From positions 4,278,001 to 4,342,000 of the forward strand of contig JBHGNT010000008.1 in the NCBI GenBank assembly GCA_043228905.1: 64,000 nucleotides of DNA, read 5' to 3'. Made by a program: the position numbers and the translations under genes. The notes under the pieces are model-generated. The model was not told the origin of the DNA and ran no database searches. It was given only the letters and a program-made list of their open reading frames with translations. Shown piece by piece: positions 11,001 to 24,347 of this stretch; position 1 is the stretch's first letter, and the number at the start of each line of letters is the position of its first letter. This DNA comes from Azolla caroliniana. Taxonomy: Eukaryota; Plantae; Polypodiophyta.

Positions 11001-14000
11001 GCGATCAATCGATCGGTTCATTGTTCTGTTCACTGTTATGTACTCCCCGTCAAGCTCGGCTGGTCGGGAATAGATAGGCCTAGGTTCGACGCGAACTGCC
11101 GCAGCTTGTTGATACCCAGGGTTTTCGTGAAAATGTCGGCTACCTGTAGATTCGTGTTGATGTGGTGTAAGTCTATATCTACGGCCTGCACGCGTTCGCG
11201 GATGAAGTGGTAGTGCACTTCGACATGCTTAGTCCGCGTGTGGAATACGGGGTTCCGCGCTAGGTAGATACTGCTCATGTTGTCGCAGTATAGACGAATC
11301 AAATCCTTGATGGGTACGCCCAAATCCTTTAGTATACGCTTGAGCTATACGGTTCTGTGCTCGACAGTGCGACTGTCGATTGCTTTTTGCTACTCCATGA
11401 GATTGCTCCGCTGCCGAGGGAGAAGACGAATCCTGATGTTGACTGTCTATCCGCTTTATAACCTGCCCAGTCCGCGTCTGTGTACCCTTCAATTCGAATT
11501 ATCGTATTTGACTTGTATCTGATGCCGTAATCCAACGTACCACAGGCGTACCGAAGTACCCTCTTAACGCAATCAAGATGAAGGTTTCATGGATTCTGCA
11601 TGAATTGGCTAAGTAGGCCGACCGAATAGTTGAGGTTGGGTTGCGTAATGGTTAGGTAGATGAGGCTGCCGATCAATTGGCGATACTGAGTTGGTTCGCA
11701 CATGGCTGTGCCATAATCGACATCAAGCTTGAGATTACGTTCAAGCGGGGTCGACACAGGTTTGCACTCCATCATCCCGAACTTGTAGAGTAAGTTGAGG
11801 ACGTAGTGTTGTTGTGAGATCATTATCCCGACTGGTGTCCGAGTTACTTCGATGCCTAAGAAGTAATGGAGCTCGTGCAGGTCTTTCATTTCGAATCTGC
11901 CGGAGAGAAGTGTTTTGATGTTGTTCATCTCGGCGAGATCCTTTCCTCCGATGACCAAATCATCCACGTATAGGATGGTGACAATCAGGCTATCTAACTC
12001 ATTTTGGATGTAGAAAGAATTATCCGATTTTGACATCCGAAATCCGAATTTTGATGAAGATATTGCGTGATCTTTGAATGCCACGCACGCGGTGCTTGTT
12101 TGAGGCCGTAGAGTGGCTTCTTGAGTCGGCACACGACATTCGGATGATTGCGTGATTTAAAGCCGGGTGGTTTGATCATGTACACCTCCTCTTCTAATTC
12201 GCCTTGAAGAAAGGCGTTCTTGACGTCCATCTGGTGGAGGTGCCACCCTTTTGCTGCTGCGATTGCAATCGTGGTCTGCACAGTTGTCATCTTTGCCACG
12301 GGGGCAAATGTTTCTTCGTAGTCAACTCCGTGCGTTTGTGCGTATCCTTTCGCAACGAGCCGTGCTTTGAAGCGATTTATGGAGCCGTCGACATTGTGTT
12401 TCATTTTGTAAATCCATCGGCAACCAATTGCCTTCTTGTGCGGAATGTGAGGAACAAAATCCCATGTCTCATTTTTGCATAGGGCTTGCATTTCTTCATT
12501 CATCACGTTGACCCATCGCGGATCCTTTATGGCTTTGGAAAGGGTTTCCGGCTCCTGTACTGACGCTACCTTCATCATAAAGGCGTAATGATACGCCATG
12601 TACTCGTAGCCGTAACGGCTTACGGGGTTCTCTCGGGTGGACTGGCGTAGCTTTTCGTTCGCGGATACTAAGGCTTTCTTCGCTCCATTTGTCTGGATGT
12701 TGAGGCCATCGAACTCACTATCGAGGGAGTGAGTCGATTCGTTGCCGTCGAAGTGACGTCTTCATACTTCGCCATTTTTGCCTTCCCTTTGTCGGCCGAG
12801 ATGTGCTTTGATCACTCAGAGGTTCTTGTGGTTCACTTATTCGGGTCGTGATTGGGCTTTCATCAAACATGCACGTAAGTCGATCTTCGGCTTCTGCCTC
12901 TATTGCAACGTATTTCGGGTCGAGCGGAGTCGGTGTCGAAGTTTTCTCTGGTGCGTACCAGGATGCAAACTCGTCGAAAACGGCATCTCCACTTGTTCGA
13001 GCTTTTGGGGTAGATGGATTGAAGCATTTGTACCCCTTTTGTTCGAGTGAGTACCCCACGAGGATACATTTCTCCGACTTCGGGTTGAGCTTTTGTTGCG
13101 TATCATCGGGAATATGCACATAAGCGATTGAGCCGAAAATACGAACATGTGATAAGTCCGGCTTCTTACCAAGGAACTTCTCATGGGGGGTTGCGTCGTG
13201 TACCCCCGAGGTCGTGCACCTATTCATGAGGTATACGGCCGTGTTCGTCGCTTCTGCCCAGTATGATTTCGGCATGTTCTTCTCGTTCATCATTGCCCGT
13301 GCTACCTCTACTATGTGTTGGTTTTGCCGCTCGGCTACGCTGTTTTGCTGAGGTGTGTGACGACATGAAAATTCTCGTCGGATTCCTTCCTTTCAGAGAT
13401 ACGCCGTAAACTCATCTGAAAAATATTCTTTGACTCCATTTGTTTGAAGGCAGCGTACTTGCCGAACCGTATTTTTTCGACTTCGGCCTTGAACCTCTGG
13501 AAGTGTTTGAACACTTCCCTCTTCTGTCTCATCGGGTAGATCCAGGTGTGCCGGGAGAAGTCGTCGATGAACGTGACGTAATATCGGCATCTGCCGAGTG
13601 TGGCTATTTGGGCTGGTCCGCATACATCTGAATGTATGACATACAGGATCCCTTTGCTCACATTACGCTCTTTTGGGAATGGATGTTTGCGTTGATTTCC
13701 AAACTGGCACGCTTCGCATACGCTCGTAATCTCCTTCGCGGTAAAGTTTGGGTTTTCGATTTTGACTCCTTTCGATTGCATGTTCTGAAGCTTTTGGAGA
13801 TTGATGTAGCCAATTCTCTTGTGCCACAAGTTTAGGTCGGTTTTGACTTTGAGGCCCTTTGCAAACATGGCCGATTTTACCTCGTTCGATTCGAGGACAA
13901 ACATACGGCCTTCACGACGACTGTGAGCTACTACTCGATCGCCTCTTTCTATAAAGCACCCATCATTGTTGAATCGTACTTGCATTCCTTGTTCGACAAT

Positions 14001-17000
14001 CTGGCTAACCGAGACCAGGTTTTTCGTGATAGTAGGAACATGTAGTACGTTCTTGAGGTAGGTTTGTTTGCCGTCGTTCCCGAATGGGACGCTCCCGATA
14101 TGCTGTATTGGATGAGTCATGTCATCGCCTGTCTCGACATATCCGGGACGTTCGGGTTTTCGTAATTCTTGAAACCAATCTTCGTGAGATGTCATGTGGT
14201 TGGATGCTCCGGAGTCAACAAACCATACATTCTTTGAGGGCGTAGTGCTTGTTTCACCTTGTGTTGCCATTGAGTGCGCTTTGTGCCTCATCATTAACAT
14301 TCCGCTACGATCGTCATAGTCTGAATTCGATGCGTAATTCGTGAACATTCCGCTACGATCGTTGTAGTTGGAATTCGATGCATAATTTGTGAGCATTCCG
14401 CTACGATTGTCGTAGTCGGAAATCGATGCGTAGTTCGTGAACTATTGGCTGGTTGAAGCCGACTCTCGCTTCTTCTTTTGGTTCTCCTCTTCGTAGTGAT
14501 CGAGTTTTCCGCAGTATCCGCATTTGATTGGGTTATTACGGTTGCTTGGTTTGACGTGATGACTCCCCCTTCTGCCGAACTCTCTGGGATCGTTCCTATC
14601 CGCTTGCCATTGGTGGGAGTTACGCTCTTGGGTCTGCTGACCGTGATGGCCTTGTCCGAATCGACCTCTGTTTCCACGGCTGAAATTTCTTCTATCATTC
14701 GACTGGGAGTAGAGAGTCTGACCCTCTGGTGGGTTGCTCCTTTGTCGGGTGTGATTTTCCTCGACCAGCAATATTGACTGGAGATCGAAAAAGGTGGGAG
14801 GATTCTCTCTTGCGAGGACGACGGACCTTATTGCGCTGAATCGAGGTGCCATGTATGTCCATGAGCTAGTGTGAAACCTATTTCTATGGGAAGTTGAGTT
14901 CGATTCTCAACACAGGGAACTACTAAAACACGGGGTAAAATATGTAGAAATATATATTATGAGTCCAAACTATAGCATATATATTGAAACTCTTGTAAAC
15001 TTCCTTGCTTATTGCCAATTGGTGTTTTCTTGCATGGTTGAAGGATGGAATAGAAGAAACTTTGGAGATTGGGTAAAGAGAATAAGAAATATCAAGGAAA
15101 ATGCTAAAAAATTGCAAGCAAAGAGCGGCAAGAATGAAGGAGAGGGAGGTTTCATTATAGAATAGAATATATATTTTTAGTGTCCATAGAGAGGCCAATA
15201 TTGACCCATAGGACCTAAGTACAAAAGTTATCTTGATGTGTGTCTCCTTCCTAAGAAGGGATATTCATACTTCAAAGCACCAAGTCTTGATGTGTGAATA
15301 AGGCATACACATATGAGCTCAACCATCTAGGTGTTCTCTTTAGTATGACACTCAAGTCATCACCCCCTCTTAATATATCATCATAGCTTTCACAAATTGC
15401 ACTATATGCAGGCATGTAAAAAGCAAGTGATATTGATCCTCTACTAGCGCTTCTTTGCGGAACGGGGAAATCGTACACATTGATACATGTTAGAGCCCAT
15501 GCCGTTATCTGCCTTTCGAACCATTGCTTCCATGCGACTTAGCTCACATGCATTGCGATGTGAGACAGGGCGTTGGGGCACAAGTGATGAGAGTGGTCGG
15601 CTATGCACACTTCGCCCTAAACAAGTTCGCGAGTCTGAGTGTCACACTTTGATACAATGCTTTGCCTTTGATCATATTCGACCATGCTTTCCACATCTCT
15701 TTGACCGACCCCAATCCTTGCATGAATTCCTCTCACAACCACAATGTGCACTCTCGATTGCAACATTCATTGGTAAAGTTCTTGAACATCGAGAGTTACT
15801 ACTCACTTTCACACGTATCACGTGAAATGTAATATTTTTGGTCTCATAGGTCATGTTTGACCTCCGAAGACGATAATATAATCTATCTATCTTGCATACC
15901 TTATTACATGCTTGTATATTTGGTTGATTTTGATTCCATAATGCAACTTCAATACCTAGGTTGTGTGGTCGAGTGCGGAGGAGTGTTAGGGCTCTACGAG
16001 AGTTAATACTCATGCTAATAATGAGGTAAAGTTGAATACGATCAATAGGCCTTCTTGCCTTATATAGAACCCAACATTCATGATTGATGTTTGCAATGTA
16101 ATATTCTAATTTTGTCCTTCTAACATCTTTCCACTTCTTCCTTAGTGGGTCAATTATTCTTTCCTCAATAACTACATATTTCATAGCATCACTTAAAAGC
16201 TCTAGGAGATCTTCCACATCCCATCTTTTAAACCTTTTTTTTATGTCAACTACCCAACCGGATAAGAGAATTTTGCTCGTGTGATTCTTTTTGTAGTTTC
16301 CATCCAACATTCCAAGTAAGATGTGGTAATCTATGATTTGTCATATTCTTGACTTTTTTAATGTATCCATCCACTATCTCTATAGGTCGAACGCCTGTTT
16401 CCAAGAGCATAACTTGATAGGAGGTGGTAGATTTAACCCCCTATTGTCTCCTTAAAAACATCTTTTGAATATTCTCAATCTCATTCCATGCATTAAGAGA
16501 GATAATCTTTCCCCACACTTCTACTCCATAAAGCAAAACTTGTATTACCATGGCATTAAATAACAATAGTTTCACTTCCCCTCCATGAGTAACTCTAGTT
16601 GCATTTATTTTCCAACGTATAATAACTTTTCCAACCAGCTTGAAGTCTAGACTCAAAGCATATGCTCCATTTATTTGTGGTAGGTACATCGATACCCAAA
16701 ACCATCGTTTTGTTTTATGCACACTTACAGTTAGTTCACTACTTTGGCAAAATGTTTCTAATGCTCCAAGTAAACGTTGCATACAATCAACATCATATGA
16801 AGTGATCCACATATAAAAGCAATAAGATACCTTGTTGTGTATGTTTTGGGGCATTTAATCATTCTTCTCTTGCAACCCTATTCACCACTTCTTCCAATTA
16901 TCTATGCTATCTATGCATAAACCAAGGAGTGTAGGTGATAATGGACATCCTTGCTTAACCCCCATGTTACTTAAAAAATGTTCCGAGAAACCATTCTCAG

Positions 17001-20000
17001 TTTTTAGTTGGCATCCAACTTGCTCATATAATTGTGCAATCGCAACTCGATACTCTTATGGCATGCCAATTTCCACCATTCTATTCCAAAGCTCACTTTC
17101 TTCCATAATTACTCTTAATGTAACAAGATGATCGACCATGGAGTGTTTTAGTCTAAAACCTGCATGCCCAAATGCTTTTTTCTTTTGACTTTCAGCCCAT
17201 GCACTTACCTTTTGCTCCATGATAGCGTTATAAAATTTAACAATAGTTGAGCTCACCATGGTTGTACGATAATTTGGTACTTTATGTATGTAAGATGGAG
17301 AGGGGACAAACACTTTAAAACTATTGTCACTAGTTGTGAAACCCATGTCAAATATATAAAGGAATTACAAAAACAAACTGAATATGAATAACCAACTTTG
17401 AATCTTATCTTCAATGGATTTGGTTAAATTTATGTTGCCCTAAATGGAGTCAGATCTTTTATATGATTTGTTAAATTAAGTAATATGCACAGTTAAATCA
17501 TGTGAGTTTCTATATAACATTAGTAGAATGCAAGAAAGAACAATTATGAAATAATTTTTTCTTTTGTGGTAGGGTTGTTTCATTTTATGATTAGATCTTT
17601 AGACTCTGCATATTATGACTTATATAATGCTATTGCTTATCTTGTTGCATTTCTAGGGAATAATTAAAGGCAAATTAGATCAACGGCGGCGATGTTTTGA
17701 GGTATTTTGAATTCTCTTTCTACATACTCATGTAATTATTTTATTCATTCATTCTGAATTTGTAATTCAAGATCCTGAAGTAAGTGATGCTGGCCTCAAA
17801 GCGAGGTTAGATATCTACAAGTGTACCAAAAGTCCCTTTGCACCATGTGCAGCCTAATTCTGAAGTAAACTTTCCCATAGCCTCATAAGGGTGCCCACCA
17901 TAATGAGCTACAGGAAAGCTCAGCCCACCATAATGAGCTACAGGAGAACTCATGATACTAATAAAACTAGCACAATATGCCTCCAAGTTTGTTTAGATAT
18001 TCTACCAAAGTCCATGTTTGATCTGATTTCAACTTCTGTTAGTATGTTTAGCGGTGCAATTGCTCACTTTTGTAATTACAGCATTCATTGTGAATTAGGT
18101 GTTGCCTGCTTTGCTTTATGAGCCCTTAAAAAATACATAAGCAATCCCGTTTTGAGTGTAAAATAAGTAACCTTCACCAAAGATTATCCAGTTATCCTTT
18201 TCTTATGCCCAAACAGGGCTAAATTGAATGCCATCTTCTTGGTTCCCAATTTCTATGATTTGTACTTGGGCTTTCTTTTCCTTGGGGTCTGGTGTCGTTT
18301 AGATACACTGTAGTGTCATTATATTTACCAGTAATTTTGTACAATCAAACAGAAACTTTTCCCCTTTGTCTTATGCTGCGAGCATACTCAGGCATTCGGG
18401 AAGCATAGATTTTCATACTTGATCAAATGCAATGATTTCTTGGGAGTCAAACTTCTAAGCCAAAACTATGTGTATATTTCTCATCAAAATTCGAAGTTCA
18501 ATCTTAATTATTTAATTTCTTACTTGCAAGTCTTTGCATGAAGATATACTATCTTTCTCTAAAGTTTTGATACGTTTTCTTATTCTGAAAATGATGTGCA
18601 TCACATCCTTGTGAAACTAAACAGGAGGTATTTGTGGACCATACCTTAATGCTTCTTAGACATTGAAGCATAATTTCCTAGTTCAATTCTGTATTTGAGG
18701 ACAACCACACTCTCAACTTGCAAGGATAATCAAACCTTTGGTTCATCCATGAGGATGATTCGAGCAAAGAGATATTTCTTTTAGATCTTCAGGGACATCT
18801 TTTTTTGGCAAAGCCAAATACTTGAAGCACGAACATTTTTCTCTCTCATTTAAATTACAGACCTTATTCTACTGTGCATCTTCTACTTTGAACATTTTAA
18901 TATTTTGTTTCTCCTTTAAGAGAACACACATCATTTGCAACTTGTTTTTAGGTTGGCTGATTGTCAATGCCGTCTTGTTAATCTCGCCATCAAAGTTCAC
19001 AGTGAGGGGTGCAGTTTGCACATCTATTGTGAGTCAATTCTTTCCATATCACTCAAGGATACAAGTTTAGAATTGAACACTACTCTCTCTTGCAATGAGT
19101 ACAGCTAACTTAGGCTAGTCGTATGTTGATTTCCTTAACTAGACATTCCATCTAATCACGGCCAAAATCAATTTCTATTTTCCTACTTGGGCAACTAGAG
19201 TTGCATTTTGTGTATAACTTTAATATCATTCCTTGCTTTTGCAAGGATATTCCAAATCTGTATTCTTTACACATACTCTTGCAAAGAATCTCTTAAGACT
19301 ACATATCCCCACCGGACCCTTAAGGATAATTGGCATGCTCTTATCCTTCAATAATCAGATGATCACTTGATAAACAGAAGGGACATGTGGTGGTTCAAGA
19401 GTATGCCCAAGAAAACTATGTTATTTGTCTAACTGGGCAAGATACTACTATGCAATTTACATCCCCTGTAGGTTTCAATTGTTGTTCCATCCATGAATGT
19501 ACATCTCTAAACCTCACAATTGTGTATTGAGAAAATGTGCAAGCTGAAGAAGGGTCTCATTGAGCTTAAACTAGGTCTTGTAGTTATTTAAAGATACAAT
19601 AATCATTTTGTTTCTCACGGTCTTTAAGAGTCTGAATTGGATTCTACTTTCCATGCATTAAAGGCAGAAAACGTTGTTATAACTGTTATCTTATGTGGAT
19701 GATAATATAGGGCTAAGATAATTATATTTGTGTAGGAAGAGTTGTCGCTATCTTTTGGCATGGCAGACATAAGTCTACTATACTATTGTCTTGGAAATAA
19801 ATCTCGTAATCTCAATCACTGTATTTTTGTATCAATTCTCTTCTAGCTAGATTCAATGTGAATGGTAAACTGTAAATGTATGGCACCGTTATCAATCTGG
19901 GTCGCAATCTTGTGCAGAATGAATATAATGATGCTGCTGTTGCTGATTTTCATTGTAGAACTTTATTGTATCCTTTTTCACTAGAATAGAGAGTTCATAC

Positions 20001-22004
20001 ATTGTTCCATTTTAAAGAAATTTTATCATAAATGCTACTTATATTGCAACAATTCCTTATTTGTATTTTAATCTTTAAGCTAATTAGATCTCTCGATAGT
20101 CTTACAGCCATGTGGCAGTTCTTGATGCAAGTGTCATGCATGGTTATAGTGGTTTTCACTGTCTGCGACTTGTGTTCAATTGTTATCATTTATGTCAATT
20201 AAAACTCAATTCTTCCCTCTGCATATTGGGGAAATCTATGTAACTTTGATAATGTTATTCGCCTATTTTAATTTTGTATCTTACCTAACCTAAAAGTTTA
20301 TTTTCTTGAAGGCACATGTAGTGTGAATCTTTATATTGTTTTTGTTTGTTATTATTCAGGTTCACTTTGCAGCTGGAAGAGATCTGAGACCTGGACAACT
20401 TGACAGGATGATACAAACATTGGCAAATTGGCAAGTATAGAAAAGACTATACTTTTTTCTAAAGTATGTTTAGAAGTAGAGGAGCTTAGTAGAGTTAGGC
20501 TCTGTTATGGAAGGTTGACAGGGGCTTCATTTTCGTTTTACGTTTGAAGGTGCGTATTACATCAATGTCTTGTTAGACATATGGATTAGGATGTATACTT
20601 TTCCTTCTAGTGCACTCCATCTTTTTGTAGCAATGGATCTTATCGACTCCATCACATGATCATGCATGTAATAATTGTATAGAAAGGTAGTAGAGGTAGT
20701 ATTGTTTTTATTGACAAAGGAAACCACATCCATGTACCAAACAGGGGGTTTGAGAGTAATGCATGATGAATGGAGGGACTACTCAACTAAATAGTTATTG
20801 CATGAAGGGTGTGAATTTTGAGACCTGTGCCATTCCTTAACATTGTGTTCATCATGGATTATCTCATACAATGAACCAAATGAAGATGTAGAGATTGTGT
20901 CACATAGAGTGCACTTATTAAGCCAAGATAGCCAGTCACATAGAGTAGTCTTTTCATGTGGATAGGCTATCAGACATCCTGAGTTTAAGGTTAATATGTA
21001 CCTGAGAAACTGGTGTTTAGAATACTTTCTTTCAAGATGGAAATCAAGCACACTGTACTCTATCAAAAGAAAGATATCATTAATCACATGTTACGACCAT
21101 GAGATGCATGATTGTGTTGTTGCTTTAGAGACAGCGGGAAGCTATCTGCGTAAATTTGTTTGGGACCACACTGTTGTCGAGCAATCTTCCTCGAAAACTT
21201 CTGGCAATAGCTAATGGATTAAATAAACTTCCTTTCCATGAATTATGTCATCTTCTTAAATTAATTTGAGAAACTAACAAAATGACCTCAATAGCAATAA
21301 TAATAACAATCTGCCTTGGTAACTTCGATCAATAGCTAAGGGATTTGGTGCTCTACTCCACATGGTGTACATGTTTTGGTTTTGGGAGTATGGTGGTCTT
21401 ATTTACCTGATTTTTGTTTAAAGATGTGATATGTGATGTGTTTTGTCTTGATGTATTGAGTGTTGTGGGATTTCTACATATTTCATAAAAAATTGTTAGT
21501 CCAGTGTTTCTTCATTAAGCTAGTTTGCAAGAATAAAAAGTAATTTTCGCCTTACTAAGACAAGGATGTTCTGGACAGCTTGAATACTTCAGATAATCTT
21601 CTCATAAGCATTCAAGAAAAGATCAAGTGGGCTGACAAAATGAATGACATCTCATCAAAGCACAAAAAGGAGGTGGAAGAAAAAGCAGAGGAGGTGCGAA
21701 AAACCATAAAGGTATAAAGCATTCATTTGTGATATCCTATAATAAGAAATAGTAGTATGTGGCAGTTTATTTGTTATGCTTGTTGCTGGTTTCTCATTTC
21801 AATCTATACAATAGGCTGAGATGGATTTACGAGGCCAACAAGATGTGAGTTTTGCTGATGAAGGTGCACTTGTGATGGACTACGAAGAAGATAGAGTTCG
21901 GCCCAAGAGGTGCTGATAATTCTTGTTTTCTTGTATGTTAGTAGGTATTGCTTCTTATTCTTACCTTCACTCATTTTCATTTTCAATTTACCAGAAGGCG
22001 TTAG
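8049..22004 (+). CDS. CSN7: COP9 signalosome subunit 7 (PCI domain), 9 coding exons
   Basis: Exons 8049-8207, 9968-10043, 10131-10219, 10320-10409, 17657-17701, 20360-20430, 21579-21711, 21815-21909, 21995-22004. They splice in frame to MEIEQKQSELVEQF...LFAFAEIL...LDLLRLFAHGTWTDYK...KLKQLTVLTLAE...VLPYELL...NVRELEDMLINDCMYAGIIKGKLDQ...FAAGRDLRPGQL...IQEKIKWAD...VMDYEEDRVRPKRRR*, which matches plant CSN7/FUS5. The exon 6/7 junction is ambiguous. Confidence 0.93.
10510..14912 (-). mobile_element. Decayed Ty1/copia LTR retrotransposon in CSN7 intron 4 (antisense)
   Basis: Gag CCHC-like (CGYCGKLDH), protease (WFVDSGASNHM), GAG-pre-integrase/integrase, RT (FKARLVAKGY, LYVDDL) and RNase H (YTDADWAG, ADIFTK), with stops and frameshifts. 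LTR end ...GATTCTCAACA at 10926 and 14912. 5' LTR reduced to about 60 bp (14853-14912). Left boundary approximate and no TSD found. Confidence 0.9.
14297..14440 (-). repeat. 3 x 48-bp in-frame tandem repeat in copia gag
   Basis: Units start at 14297, 14345 and 14393 and encode roughly TNYASNSDYDDRSGM. Confidence 0.9.
15240..17350 (-). mobile_element. Decayed RTE-clade-like non-LTR retrotransposon (RT plus C-terminal region) in CSN7 intron 4
   Basis: Minus-strand RT remnants AGFRLKHSMVDHLVTLR, GVKQGCPLSPTL and LLYGVEVWG. C-terminus RRALTLLRTRPHNLGIE...YDDILR is homologous to 63700-64000. Confidence 0.8.
15450..15892 (+). mobile_element. 5'-truncated 3' end of a second RTE family, nested antisense in the first RTE
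   Basis: Encodes MRLSSHALRCETGRWG...CTL...EXEXHTLIQC. Ends in GACCTCCGAAGACGATAATATAATCTATCTATCT. Reverse complement of 54407-54843. TCTT at both junctions. Confidence 0.85.
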
Positions 22005-22822
22005 GGCGCTTGACATATATGTTTACCGGCCTTTTTAATGCAATTTCACATGCCAAAGAAATGGATTTTTTAAGAAGTCAATGGAGGCAACGTGTATACA
22101 TTGGTGATGGTGATAACAAGTTTTGTGCTTTCTGGATGGCTGCAAGAATACATAGAATCCATACATGATTGGAGTTGTAACATTATAATTTGAATTACTG
22201 TGGACTTTGTGAGCCAATGGGCAGATTCGGTTGTTATGTGGATGTGGATGTAAGTTCTTGTGTAGGGGATAAAAACAATTTTGGTATCTAAATTGGCTTG
22301 ACTGGTGCATTGGATATACACATCAAAGAACCTCCCTTACGAGCTGATCTTATACACCCTTTTAATGTGGATGTTGATTTAAGTTCATAAAGAGGGAGTG
22401 AAACATTTTTCATATTTCGATTGCGTTCTTGGATACAATCCTTTAAGATCTATTACATGGTTTTCCATGTTTAATTTTCTATTAATATTGTGAGGTGAAA
22501 ACCCACAAAAATTAAAGAGAAAGGAATTGTCGATTGGACACTAAAGTGCTTACAGACGCTCAAATGATTGAGAAGTCTTTTAGGCACCACAGAATAAAGA
22601 GACTATGATGTAGAGATTGTTTGAGAGATTGCTAGAAGAAGCCAACTGCCAGCAGTTGGTTTTGACCAAAACTTAATGGAGTTTACTGGTTTTCAGGGAA
22701 AGTTGCTTAAATATGCCTATATTGTATGTCATTCATATTATAGTGTGGCCAGTGGTTATTAGGGAAACTCTATGCAAGTATTCGGAACATTCAGAACTCA
22801 GAAATTATTTATCTATAAACAT

Positions 22823-23099
22823 TCTAATTCGGATAATCTTCCCATAAAACATTCAAGAAAAGATCAAGTGGTTCCCAAGATGATTGACATCTCATCCATG
22901 CACAAAGAGGATAAACTTTCTAATTCAGATAACCTTCCCATAAAACATTCAAGAAAAGATCAAGTGGGTTGACAAGATGAGTGATATCTCATCAAAGCAC
23001 AAAAAGGAGGTTGAAAAGGCAAACGAGCTGTGAGAAACTGTTAAGGTATCTTGTAATAAGAAATAATAGTATGTGGTGGTTTATGTAGTATGCTTGTTG
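22823..23099 (+). pseudogene. Degenerate tandem duplicates of CSN7 exon 7 plus the start of intron 7
   Basis: Two copies of GATAATCTT...CATTCAAGAAAAGATCAAGTGG...CATCTCATC homologous to 21590-21670. The second runs on into TAATAAGAAATAATAGTATGTGG, which matches intron 7. Confidence 0.85.
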
Positions 23100-23570
23100 A
23101 TGGGTTTATCAATCATGGAATATGTGGACAACCTGTGCCATAAATAGTTGAAGTCAATTCATTTTCTCCAATAAAAATCCTTGGCAATCAGGTAGGATCA
23201 TTGAATAAAGGTTAGCATACATCTATGGGCACTTAAGGCATATCAAAATTGCCAATTGACCCACCAATTTCTTGAGGTGAAAAACGGAACTTAAACCCTT
23301 GAAAAGAAATGCAAAAGTTTCATTGATTTAAGCTTTAAGAAAGGAATCAACATTCATTTATCCAATCACAAACCAAAGTTTGCTTTATGATAGAGGACAT
23401 GGAAAAGATAGTTATATCAGGCATGTGACGAATGACCTTGATCCCTATGCTTGGTCACATACGTATTTTCTAATGAGATGGATGTTGCAATAAAGCGCAA
23501 CACACTTTTCCAAAATTTACTCCTACTTGCCATGTTATTTGGTTTGTGAGAGGTGCATGCCATAGGAAAA

Positions 23571-23860
23571 AATACTATAGAATGGTAACATTACTATATA
23601 TACACAAACCATTCATTTAACCAACTTATAATCTCTATTCACATCAAACTTTTAGGAAATACTATAGAATGGTAGCATTACGATATATACACAAAGCATT
23701 CATTTAACCAACTTCTAATCTCTATTCACATCAAACTTTTAGAAAAACTATAGAATGGTATTGGTCCCCCATACTATAGAATGGTAACATTACTATATAT
23801 ACACAAACCATTCATTTAACCAACTTCTAATCTCGTTTCACATTGAACTTTTAGGAAATA
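23571..23860. repeat. ~87-bp tandem repeat, about 3 copies
   Basis: ATACTATAGAATGGTA(A/G)CATTAC...CATTCATTTAACCAACTT...CACATCAAACTTTTAG repeated. Confidence 0.85.
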
Positions 23861-24347
23861 CATCACGCTATTGTACTTAAATGCTTAGGTGGCAAGGATC
23901 AATCAACCTATTCAATTCACATAGCTAGATTTTCAATTGTAGTGGTTTTGTAAATTTCTTCTCTAAACCTTCTAGGGGTATAATATACCACGATCTATTG
24001 TTTGAAACTAGATTTTCGATTGCATTGTTGTTAATTGCCATTGGTATGACAATCTCAATGTTTCAGATCTTGGTAGTGATAATGTGATCCTATAGAGTTG
24101 AACCTATGTACAATTCCAATGAAAGAACATCAAAGAACAAGTGAGTGTTGATAGTGTTTCCCCTCCCGAAAAAAAACACTACTTCACATTAGTTTGCAAA
24201 TGAAGTACATCAAAGTTCAACCATATTCAGCAGAACTCACACTTCTCCACACAAAACTAATCATAATCCGCACTCCGTCATTTACAACAAAAGTATCCCA
24301 CCGACTCTTTTTACATGGTAACTTACTTGTACCGTAACTATACATAT

